This document shows positions 1 through 11,107 of a stretch of 64,000 nt of DNA, piece after piece. Location of the stretch: contig CM082598.2 in the NCBI GenBank assembly GCA_040954595.2, forward strand, positions 9,501,097 through 9,565,096. The letters run 5' to 3'. The stretch is from Balanoglossus misakiensis (lineage: Eukaryota; Animalia; Hemichordata). Position 1 is the stretch's first letter; each line of letters begins with the position of its first letter. The notes under the pieces are model-generated. The model ran no database searches. It was not told where the DNA came from and worked only from the letters and a program-made list of their open reading frames with translations. The position numbers were made by a program, and so were the translations under genes.

Positions 1-319
1 CTACGCAGACCCAGCTACACTGGTTAGCATTGCGGCAGCGGACTTTGACCCTCAGTCGCTAATGTTGTGGGAGGTTTCATTAGCATGGTAGTCACATGTA
101 GTGGATAGTAGTTCGGGAAATTGGCCGAAATACGTAAGCAGACCAGTGATTTTCTTGCACGAAGGGAGTATGGTACCAGCAATAATCAGAGATCAGGCTT
201 CGTTGCCGTTCAAAAGTTCCTACTTCAGTCGTGACGTTGCAACTGGACGTTCAGTATGGGGTTCGGCCCGCAGGTGGCCGTGGGGGTTATCAGGTCCCCC
301 GTAATGGCACGAAGCTTCA

Positions 320-1160
320 TGCAGCTGTATGGGACCAAAATAATACGCCCGATTCGGGGGTCACCTGTGACACCTGCGTAACTCAATTATGTGCATGCGT
401 AATTGTGGGGTCAATGAAAGGGATGCTAGCTTGGTATTTGTTGCACATGGATCAAAATGAAGTCCGATTTTCCTGTCAAGTTGTGGGCGACCTTATGTGA
501 CATTTCACCTACTTTTGCTTAGTGAATAACAGCAGATGCATGCAGCTTTGGCGTGGTGGGGGGATATACGGATGGGACCATAATGATATACCAAATGCGG
601 GGTCACCTGTTGCACCTGCCGAAGTCATTGATTTTGTACATTTAATTGGACACTAACCAACAGGGCAATAGGTGTGGTTTTTGTTCCACAGGGACGAATG
701 TAAGTGTCAGTTTGTTTTTGCCCAAATGTATAAGTTGATTTGGATGACCTCTGTCGTACAGTGCCATATCTCAGCCCATTGTACAGGTGCAGCTTTGGTA
801 TTTGGAGGGATGAAACTATCATGAAATGCCAAATACAGGGGGATACCTGCGACACCTGCTTGATTCATGTATTACGTGCATACCGAATGGTAGGCAAAGT
901 GAAAGGGCTGCAAATGTAGGATTTGTTGCACATGACCATAAACAGGAATGAAATTTTTTTGTCAAATTTTTGGGTGACCTCAGGTGTCCATTGACCTGCT
1001 TTCCATATGTTAGCACGCATATCATATATAGCCAGGTGGTTGGAGGGGTAGAGTAGGACCCTCTGCGTCATGAAATGCTAAATTCCTGGGGCCACCTGTA
1101 ACTTACTTGCGTAACTCATTATTATGGCCATATCTAATTTGACAAACCCAAACAGCGAGG
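320..1160. repeat. Highly degenerate ~245-bp tandem repeat (about 4 units)
   Basis: Motif GGGGTCACCTGT(G)ACACCTGC-like recurs at ~357, ~599, ~838 and ~1088. GCAGCT(T)TG precedes it at ~322, 542 and 789, and ATGAAATGC(C/T)AAAT at ~821 and ~1070. Confidence 0.55.
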
Positions 1161-2034
1161 ATTTTCCGTTGTCTTGAATATGAACCAAATAAGAATCCTC
1201 ATTTTTGGCCCAAATTTTGGGTACCCTCTGCTGACCTTTGAAGTATACTTACTGAAGTACTTACAACGTAGAAGTTCACCTTTGGTTGTTGTGTTTGTAC
1301 TTGTAAGACATCCATTTCGGGTGGTTGCCTACTTCCCCATATCTCCACATCCAGAGCAAACACAGCCTACGCATTTGAATGGTACAACCCTGAATGGAGT
1401 CTAATGGTTATTAACTCTATGCTTGGGCCCCTTCAATGCTGCTTGCAGCTTTAATTGTAATTACCATCCCTCTGACGTCACCAAAAGGAACTATTTTAAA
1501 CTTGTAAACAAAGTCCCCTTTGGGCGTCAAAATTCAGTGCAATTGTTGGTTTTATTTCGATATAAAAACATAAGCAAAGATAAATAAAATGTTTCGTATG
1601 TGTAAATATGGATGATCGACGATTAGTTTTACCTGTGTACATTTTTATCGCACCAACCGGCACCAAAACTGTCGTGAGGTCGGCAGTGCTGAGCCAATGT
1701 CGTCGCGTTGTCGAACGAGCGAAAGGTACAAATTTGAGTATTCGCAAAAAATGTTGATGCGACGATTAGAGCAAAACAGTCTAGTCATAAAGCAAAAGGC
1801 ATAAGAAAGGTTTCCTGCTCCAGTGAAACCTTGACGGACTATGAAATCCAGCTGACGCACGACAGACAGGTCCTCGCCAAAACCAGAATCGTCCAGGTCG
1901 TGACCCGAGTCACCTGACAGATAGACCGCATAACATCGATCTTCAATTTTGCACGAAATAGTTCCAAATTTTATCGCAACCACAAAAAGTTTTATTTGAA
2001 TATCAAAATTAGCGGATCTAGGTATGTGATAAAC

Positions 2035-2187
2035 ATATAATTCCCCCGTATTCCTCACTCGTGTACCTGCGTCGCGAACTCGTGATTCCCCGTATAGCTG
2101 TATCCGTATAGCTGGATACGGCCGCTATACGGGGAATCACTCGTCCGCGACGCAGGCACACTCGTTCGAAATACGGGGGAATTATAT
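2035..2187. mobile_element. Short palindromic (hairpin) MITE-like element
   Basis: ATATAATTCCCCCGTATT...GATTCCCCGTATAGC pairs with GCTATACGGGGAATC...AATACGGGGGAATTATAT. It sits where the DIRS-like element is truncated. Confidence 0.75.
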
Positions 2188-2189
2188 AT

Positions 2190-4690
2190 AATTATTATAT
2201 GCATGGCTGTAATATTGTCTATATGAGGTATCACCTTGTGATTAGCCCAGTATGGGGCCCACCTGAGAGCAGCTAATAAGAGAACCAAAGTCTCTTTGTA
2301 ATTAATATGAAAATTATCAGCTTTTGGCCACTCCACCATGGAAAGTAAAGCCAGTCATTTTTAAACAAAGCCCCAGCAGCTTTACCAGATGCATCTGTAT
2401 GGACATCAGTAATAGGTGCACGATTTAAAAACCTGACACTACCATTAAACTGTGGTAAGAAAGCAATCCACCAGTCTAAATCTGCAAAGAAGTCATTACA
2501 CAATAAAATTTTGTGTGTGGGTTTGTTAAGCTTGCCTATGCAATCTATTATTCTCCGGAGGAAAGTTCTACCTCCATAAATAACTTGACATGCCCAATTT
2601 AGCTTCCCAGCAAGGGACTGCAGCTGGCGGCGTGATGCACAATTTTTGTTGCGAAACGAGAGCAGCAGGCGGAAGAATTCATGCAATTTAGCAGGCGGCA
2701 AAGACAGTGTAAGATTCACACTGTCAATAAGGACTCCCAGAAAAACCAAACGTTGGGTAGGGCCCTCCACTTTGTGCCATGCAATGTCAAATCCCAATTT
2801 GCGAGAAGTTTGATGAGGATATTCAATGCTTTTTGACATTCCTCATATGTGTCGGCAACAATTAGGAAATCATCTAAATATACTACAACACTATCTATAC
2901 CTTGACGAGCAAGCATTCTGCGGACAGCTTGAGTTATGCAGTGGAAAATCATGGGAGGTCTTTTTGCCCCAAAAGGTAACCTTGTATCATACATATTTGT
3001 CGGCATGTTTGAGTCAGAGAAAGCCAATTTAAGACCAGTAAACTTGCAATTTGACAGGTGGATGCGCACTGACCTAAATGCAGATTTGAGGTCCACCTTG
3101 GCCATGAAAGAGCTGTAAGGTTTGATACGAGAAAGAAGGTGCAAAATCATTGATGGCTGACCCTGGGGGACGACTACAATCGTGTATGAGGCGAACACCA
3201 TTAGACTGTGGTTTAGGTATTGCTCCTATAGTATAGCACTAACAATATGAGGCTTTATAGTAGGGGTAACAACATAATGCCCTTCCCTAATTTCATCCAT
3301 AATTTGGCATTCCACTGTACAACAATTCCCTTCATCAGTTGCAGACCGATAATTATCCCCCTCCACATGAGACCCAACAGAATTACAATCTAAAATATGA
3401 AAGCCGTTGTTTATACCATCAAGGAGAAAATCCTTGTCAGGGTCATCAGGAGCAATCTCAGAGACCCAAGCATCGTAATTTAAACTATGGGGGTTGGGTG
3501 GAGGGGGAGGCAGGCGGTCTACTTTTGCTCGTTTTTTGCCTCGTTTGCTACCCTTGATTCATCATTAGGATGAGATGACTGGGTGCTGTTTGCGACACTC
3601 CAAATAGATGTGGGCATATGTGCACCTATTACCAAATGTACAATTACCTGTGTTAAAACCAATGCATATTGGCCTACCTGTTTTTGCATCTAATGGTGCA
3701 GGCAAAACACCTTTTCCCTTGCTAATATTCCCACTAGGGCCAGGGGCACCCTTGCCAGCTACTTTGTTTGCTATAAATTTCTCCCTCAAGTGTACCGATG
3801 ACAAATGTTGGGACTACGTACCCCAAGGGAAATGATAGGCTGCCTGCAAGTCATCCGATACTCCCTGTCATACACTAGGACAGACGCCCACTCATATCTA
3901 TCAGCCAACTGTGATACTTTCACAGTGTATGCTGGATAATGTTTGATTTGAATAATATCAAACGAATGATTAAGAATCAGTTCATATTAGATGCGCGCGT
4001 TCGCCGCTGTCCATTGTTGTGGTGTGACAGAGTTCAGCTTAGGTTTGGCGGGACCGGATTCCAATATCAGTTTACTGCCGCTATCGCCGACCGACAGGAC
4101 CTGTTGCTCCACTTTCATTGTGAAGGAACCGGGGACAAAGTCAACAATATCCAAGTGTTTCTGACCTTTTGTATTGGATTTTAGGTAAACCAGTGGGTCT
4201 AAATCCATACGATCAGGTGTTGCGCATTTAGGCGGCACGTCCGCGTTGGACTTTGCAGCCGCTGGTTCTGGAGCCAACGCTTTCAGCAAGGTGTCCAGGT
4301 TGAAGCTTGCAGGAGGCGTTTCTTGAATCGCTTTTCAATGTGGATATGGGAGGAGCACTGTGGTCAGAGGAGCTCACGTCTTTATTACAGTCTGCGCCAC
4401 TGGAGAAACTTGACATATTCTCTGCAACAGTCGGGGCCGCCATCTTGGAAGTCATGTTTTTTCACGGGACTGGCTTGACCCTGGCCGGGTCCCATCAGCG
4501 CAATTATTGCTGCTTCTAACTGTCTGAGCTGGCCCAATGGACTGATTTTCATACTAACCATGTCTTCAGGCTTGATCAGTTTGACAGCATCCAATGTAAC
4601 GAAGCTGTGCATACCAAGAACCGACAGTGTGTCCAAAGAAATACCATATTTTTCTGCCCACAGTTGCATCTCCAAACATGGTGTCATGGA
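2190..4690 (-). mobile_element. Decayed DIRS/Ngaro-like (tyrosine-recombinase class) retrotransposon, 3'-truncated
   Basis: RT motifs MAKVDLKSAFR, RLPFG and VVVYLDDFL (2716-3201). DIRS-type RNase H motifs LQSLAGKLNWA, GRTFLRRI, DLDWW and HTDAS (2273-2839), then HINYKE. Gag-like region with Cys/His motif CIGFNTGNCTFGNRCTYAH (3565-3804). Frameshifted; no recombinase ORF is visible. Confidence 0.85.
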
Positions 4691-5825
4691 CGATAACAGG
4701 CTTGCAATGCTGTGTCGACGGTATGGTCTACATGACCAGTCGTAGCAGAGTCGACGCTGAGCTTATCCATCAGTTCCACTACGTCTGTCGGTGACAGATA
4801 GTTAAACCGAAACGTAACTGTAGAAGCAGTCTTACAGCGTACGCTCGATATTGCTTGAAAAGCAAAACGCTATGACAATGTGAAAGCAGTGTGTACAAAC
4901 AGTGCCGCCTGTAAAAGTACTGAGCCAAGAGGCGGACAGTGGCCTTCCCTGATTAAGTTGGTCATGTGAGGGTCACGGAGCTTGCATGATTTAAACACCG
5001 CTCAAAGAGCTAGTACTTCAAAGCTATGGTTTCACGGGAATGAAGTTACAGAGTTTAATTAAAGTCTCTACAGCTGCCACTCTTTGTATTATTTTCTTGA
5101 TTTTATTTTCCAACTTAAATTTGTCCATCTAAATAAGCTTACTGATAGGTATACATGAACACCTTATCGATGCCCGATTGTGACTGCATGTTGCAATTTG
5201 AACATGCTATGTATTAAACAGGTGTCACACCGATTTAATCAGCCTGAGCCCCATACAAACAGTAAGTAGCTATCGTGGTATGCGTCGCCAAGAGATGACA
5301 AATTTATGCAAATGCAAGTAATATGGCTTAATGATGAGTATTTTAGAGGATAGGGAATATATTTGAAGTATTTTACTGTGTAAAAAAATATGTGAAATTT
5401 GGCAGTTCAAGGGGCTTTAATGCAAAAATAATGTCAACACACAGGTGCACACTGTTCAAGATACCACCAATAATGTGTGTGCACTGAGGCATCTGGAGAC
5501 TAAGTCCAAAGTATAGCATAGACTCCTCTGTAATATCTCTTTTCTTCGTGTATGGTACATGCTATTGACCAAATCTGTTTACATGTAGCAATATATAATT
5601 ATAACAATGGAGCTTTGTCAGCCACTACTTCACATATATTCTTTACGTTACATCAAATTATATTATACCAGTATATTGATGGTGTAAATCACGCTATTTT
5701 ATTGGTCGAGACACGACACGTGACCGTGATATATTCGTCATATACCACAGTCATATATCATAGTCAAAGAAAATGCCTTTTTAAAATGTTTTATGCAAAG
5801 TTTCAATATACTGGCATAATATAAT

Positions 5826-5966
5826 AGCAATAAAACACCCAGCCATGGTATACCACTCGATTTTGACCAGTTCAACTCCATATACGCACTCGCTATCGCT
5901 CGTGCGTATATGTCGTGAACTGGTCAAAATCGAGTGGTATACCATGGCTGGGGGTGTTTTATTGCT
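5826..5966. mobile_element. Palindromic hairpin MITE-like element
   Basis: Near-perfect inverted repeat AGCAATAAAACACCC-AGCCATGGTATACCACTCGATTTTGACCAGTTCA ... TGAACTGGTCAAAATCGAGTGGTATACCATGGCT-GGGGGTGTTTTATTGCT. Confidence 0.8.
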
Positions 5967-6182
5967 TAAATATACACTTATCACATATACACATAAATAA
6001 TAATCCCCAGCTTGTGCATAACAGTGAAATCAATAAAGCTGTATATATTTGATCATTACTAACCCTATATAATCTTGGTGCTAAACTTAGAGGTTCAATT
6101 CTTTCTTTATATACAAAGTAATTGCCATATCGCCTGTAATGTCCCCGACTATGAATCAAATAGATTGACTCGCAGTTGTATG

Positions 6183-9100
6183 TGTGTTGTATTGGGACTC
6201 CGTACGCCATGAAGTCTAGTCAACAGAGTGCCAAAACGAGGCAACTCACTTTATTACCATAAGTCAACATAGAGGGCAGTATTACAGATAGTAATGTACA
6301 AGTGGTACAAGGCATTCAAAGTAACATACATGTACATTACACGCCCCTTTCTTACAAATGGGTGACTGGTAATACAAGTGTAAACAATTCAGGATGTTTG
6401 ACAATGTGTGGACATTTTTTCTATAACTCTGGAAATCACAAAGAAGTAGTATCTCAAATACAATGTAAGTCAATTCTTTGTAACACAGAAAACTACAAAT
6501 CTAATTGAACTTTTCCTTTTGATACTCGGCCATAACGAGTAGTGATATCCGGTCGGATTTTCACTTGATCATGTTTGAGTTTTGTGTGGGCAGTAGTGTT
6601 GAGTGGGTGGTATGTGGTGTGTCTGAAAACGTGGATTCAGAAAGACGATTGGAAACTGGTACAGGTTTGGAACAAGATTCCTGCAGATATTCATCAACAT
6701 CAGGTAAATCTGGTGGTGGTGGGTTTTCAGATGTTGGATACATATGTCTGCGATTTCTTTTGTACACCTTTCCAGACTGACTTTCAACTAACACAGATCT
6801 GGGCTGTGGAAGTGTTTCCTTTACAACACCATATTCCCATTTAGCATGTGGGTTACGAAATCTGACTGGCTGACCTGGGACTGGCTATGGAATATTATGA
6901 CGTGCTGTTCTGTCATAATAGTATTTCTGCTTGAGCTGTCTAGCTTTCAAGTGATTTGTCATGGGAGTGACTGTGAGGTTTTGTCAATTTTTCCGCCGTG
7001 GGAAGTTTGGACTTCAGGATCCTGCTCTTAAGCAATTGACTGGGTGATAAACCATTTGTTCCATCGAGGAGAGTATTGTGAAACTCTAGCAATGAAACAT
7101 AGGGGTCTTGACCACTTTTATATGCCTTTTTCATCAGACGTTTGACTGATTTTACAGCATTTTCAACCTGACCATTGTGAATAACCTGGGCTGATCTTGA
7201 TGTGGTCAAATTCCCAATCATGAGCAAATTTACGGTACACATGATTGTCATAACATGGACCATTATCACTAATGACAGTATCGGGGATTCCTTCACGAGC
7301 AAAATTAATACAGATTTTGTTGCAGATATAATTGCATTCGCTGTTTTGTTTGGAAGCTTTATTACTTCTGGGAACTTTGAGTAATAATCAATAATGACCA
7401 AATAATCATCTGATCCTACCTCGAATAAATCAGTACCAACTTTGGACCATGGGGTACTTGGTATCTCGTGGGGGATCATCGGTTCTTGAGAACGTTTGGG
7501 ACGAAATTCCATACAGACAGAGCATTTAGATATCATGTCTTCAATTTCATTGTTGATGCATGGCCAAAATAGTATTGAGCGGGCTCTTTGTTTTGTTTTG
7601 ACAATTCCTTGATGGCTGGCGTGTAGTTTTTGCATGATTTCTGGACGCATACTTGCTGGAATAATGACTTGGTTGTTGCGAAACAATATTTCATGGGCAT
7701 ATGTTATTTCATGTCGATATGCATGATATGGTTTGACTTCATCAGGAACATACATTTTATTGTCGGGCCATTTTGAGGTGGCGAGGTCAATGACCTTCAA
7801 CAGCGTAGGGTCACACGCGGTTTCTTCACGTAATTTCTCTAATTTCTGGTCTGATATGGGCATTTGATTGATGATACTGAGGACTTCTCGTTCTGCATCT
7901 GATTGTTGTGGAGCATCGATCGGGGCTCGACTCAGCGCATCGGGTATGAGCATTTCTTTACCGGGTTTATACACAATGTGTAGATCATATCTCAGAAGAT
8001 TCATGCGCATGCGTTGTAAACGTGGACTCAGTTTATGCAGCGGTTTCTGAAATATACCGACAAGGGGTTTGTGATCGGTTTCGACAGTTGTTTTGTCTCC
8101 ATATATATAATCATGAAACCGAGTACATGCAAAGAGAATTGCACTCATCTCCTTTTCGATTGTCTCGTAATTTACTTCTGCGTTATTCAGTCTACGCGAG
8201 GCGTAAGCAACTGGGTGAGAATCTTGGCTTATCATGGCGCCAAAACCTTTGTTACTAGCATCAGTAGAAATTGTGACTGGCTTTTTAGCATCGTAGAATT
8301 TCAGTACGGGAGCATTTGTAGCAACTTCAATCAATTTGTCAAACGCAGCATCATGTCTGGCTTCCCAGCTCCATTCTATTCCTCACGTAATGGGGCTATA
8401 AGTGCTGACAAATTTGGCACGAACTTTGCTAGATACACCATGATGCCGAGAAATGTCTGGAGCTCAGATTTGTTTTGCGGCTTGAACATTTCTGTGAGGG
8501 CTCGGATTCTTTCTGGACTTGGTTTCAGTCCTTCACTTGTCAGTAAGTGACCTGAGAGTTCGGCTTCGTCAACAGCTATTTCACATTTGCTGCCATTGAG
8601 TTTCAATCCGGACTCGCGAACTTTGTCTAGGAATTGACAGAGGTCTTTGTCATGCTCGTCATCAGAAGTAGCTTGTAGTAGCATATCGTCTACAATGACT
8701 TCAATACCTTCTAAATCACCAAATTCATCTATCATGGCTCTTTGCCAAATTTCGCTTGCAGAGCTAATACCAAATGGCATTCTCTTAAACATATATCTAC
8801 CCCAGGGGGTGTTGAACGTGGTTAGCTTGGAACTCGCGTCACTAAGTTTGAGTTGCCAATAACCTGACGTGGCGTCGAACTTGGAAAAAATATTCGCGTC
8901 TGGCTTTCGCGTTACGACGTCTTCTAACGTGGCGTTTGGAAAGTGCTCACGACGTATTGCTTTGTTTAATTCTTGCGGATCTAGGCATACGCGCACTTGG
9001 CCATTCTTTTTCATGACCACGGTGATTTGACTAACCCAATCGGTTGGCTCGGTGACGGGTTCAATTACATCAAGTAAAACCATACGATCTAATTCTGCTT

Positions 9101-10580
9101 TGACTTTGTCTCTCAATTTGTGAGGGATTTGTCATGGTGGTAACTGAACTGGGGTTACACTGGGGTCAATTTGTATGTCATACTCACAGTTGTTCAGACA
9201 ACCAAGGCCTTCGAATAAATCCTTGTTGTTGTCAAGTAACCTTTGGGCTTGTTTAGTACGCTTTGAGTGTGATTTTTCTGAAGCAGTTGAAATATTGCTA
9301 TTCTGTTTGGTTAGGTACCAAAGATTTCAATACAGACACTGGAATAATATCAACTTGTGAACCACTATCTAGTTTGAAGGATACATTGGTGTCTCCAAAG
9401 CGACAACTTTGAGACCAGTCTTTTGATCTGCTATCAGTTTCAGTTTCAAGAGTTCTGACAGTTAAAGTGTCAATGGTGAACTGTGCGATGTCTTCATCAC
9501 TGCTATCTGCATGAGTAACTGCTTTCACTGCACGCTGGCTACGTGGGTGCTTGCTTGACCTGGCTCGTGACATTGACTGCTGGGCAGGATGTTGTGTTGT
9601 GGGGCTGGCACAACGGTTGTTGGTACGCTGGGAAGTACCTCTACACTTACTTGCAAAGTGGTTTGGTTTTCCGCATTTCCGGCATGTTTTGCCATATGCT
9701 GGGCATTTTCCAGAATCATGTTCATAGGGACAGTTCGGACACTGCCTGTTCCCTGCGGGAGGTCGACGCGTGAACTTCTGGTGGGACTTAATTACCACGT
9801 GACTGTTTACCGCCTGCACACTTGACATCGTGTACATCAACTGAACTATCGTTATCGATGAACGAGAGTGATCTCATCTGATCTGCGGATAGTTCGGCTG
9901 CTTTGCAGGTGTTGACTGCTTTCTGCAGTGTGAGGTCGTCAGTTCGGAGAAGTCTTTCTCGAACTTTCTCATCTCTGATTCCACACACTATGCGATCTCG
10001 AAGAAATTCATCCGCCAAATCTTGGGGTAAACTGCAGTCTTTGCGCAACGTGCGTAATGACGTCAAATAGTCCGTGAACGACTCGTTGATTTTCTGTTGT
10101 CTTGAGTTGAATAGATAACGGTTTACGGTTATGTTTTTTCTTGGCTCACAATAACCGTCGAACTTTTCAATGACTGGATCGATTTTGTGTTCATCTCTGG
10201 GATCGGCGAACTCGAACGTGTCGAAGACTTGCCGCGCAGCGGTACCAGCTACATGTAGAAATGTGGCGACTTGTACGGCCTCATCTTTTTTGTTCAGTTC
10301 TGCTGCCGTGGCGAACGTTTCCCAACTGCGACGAAACTCCTTCCAGTTTTGCGCAACGTTACCATCTAGGCTTAGATGTACTGGAGGTTTCAGTTGAATG
10401 TTGGATTGAGCCATTTTTCCTCAACTTCTGACACCATGTGTTGTATTGGGACTCCGTACGCCATGAAGTCTAGTCAACAGAGTGCCAAAACGAGGCAACT
10501 CACTTTATTACCATAAGTCAACATAGAGGGCAGTATTACAGATAGTAATGTACAAGGCATTCAAAGTAACATACATTACA
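6183..10580 (-). mobile_element. Ty3/Gypsy LTR retrotransposon A (Mag-like), nested in the LTR of element B
   Basis: LTRs at 6183-6341 and 10437-10580 (TG...CA). 5-bp TSD GTATG (6178-6182, 10581-10585). PBS TGGTGTCAGAAG (tRNA-Leu-like). PPT AAGAAAGGGGCG. Confidence 0.95.
6500..10414 (-). pseudogene. gag-pol of element A, broken into several ORFs
   Basis: Gag (9788-10414). CCHC knuckle CRKCGKPNHFASKC and protease LDSGS (9298-9840). RT with RVCLDP, MPFGI and IVDDML (8376-9116). RNase H TDAS and integrase HASHQG..CSVC, GTDLF, IDYYSKFPE (6940-8334). Multiple frameshifts and stops. Confidence 0.92.
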
Positions 10581-11107
10581 GTATGGCTTCTAACAACTCG
10601 CCATGTTAACTTTATTAACAACAACACAACTACTGCGCATGGGCAGGTACTGTACTGCGCATGACATGTACAGAATGCAGCTGGCCATACTGAAAGTATG
10701 TTTTGTTATATGTCTGGATATTACATTTCTCCTTTTCTTTTGAGATAGCAGAATTGTTTCAATTTCTCTTGAAGATTGTCATTTTGTGCTGAGTCTCATT
10801 TCTCTCATGGTTCACGGTCAGTGTTCCTATTTGCAGTTTGATCATGAATATAATGTATGTTTTTCCACAATCTCCGTGTTTCCAAATTTCCAAATATAAA
10901 TTGGCCTTGCTCAACAAATAACATTAATTTCAACTTCAAAAATATCAAATCGAATAGAGATATTATGTCCCTCGGTATAAATGTTCCTGTCTTTTTTCAT
11001 GCGATTTTCACTTTAATACGAACTCGAAATAGAATAAAATATAGAACAATAAACTCGAACATTGTTATTGTCATTGTCAGTTTTTCCCATAGCCTAGCTA
11101 TCGCCTG

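Noticed and set aside
1-2034. Tyrosine recombinase of the DIRS-like element
   Set aside because: No HSxR/RW-type recombinase motifs appear in the ORF track downstream of RNase H, and the element appears truncated at ~2190.
9788-9840. Programmed ribosomal frameshift between gag ORFs of element A
   Set aside because: The break falls before the zinc knuckle, no clear slippery heptamer is visible, and the element has several other lesions.
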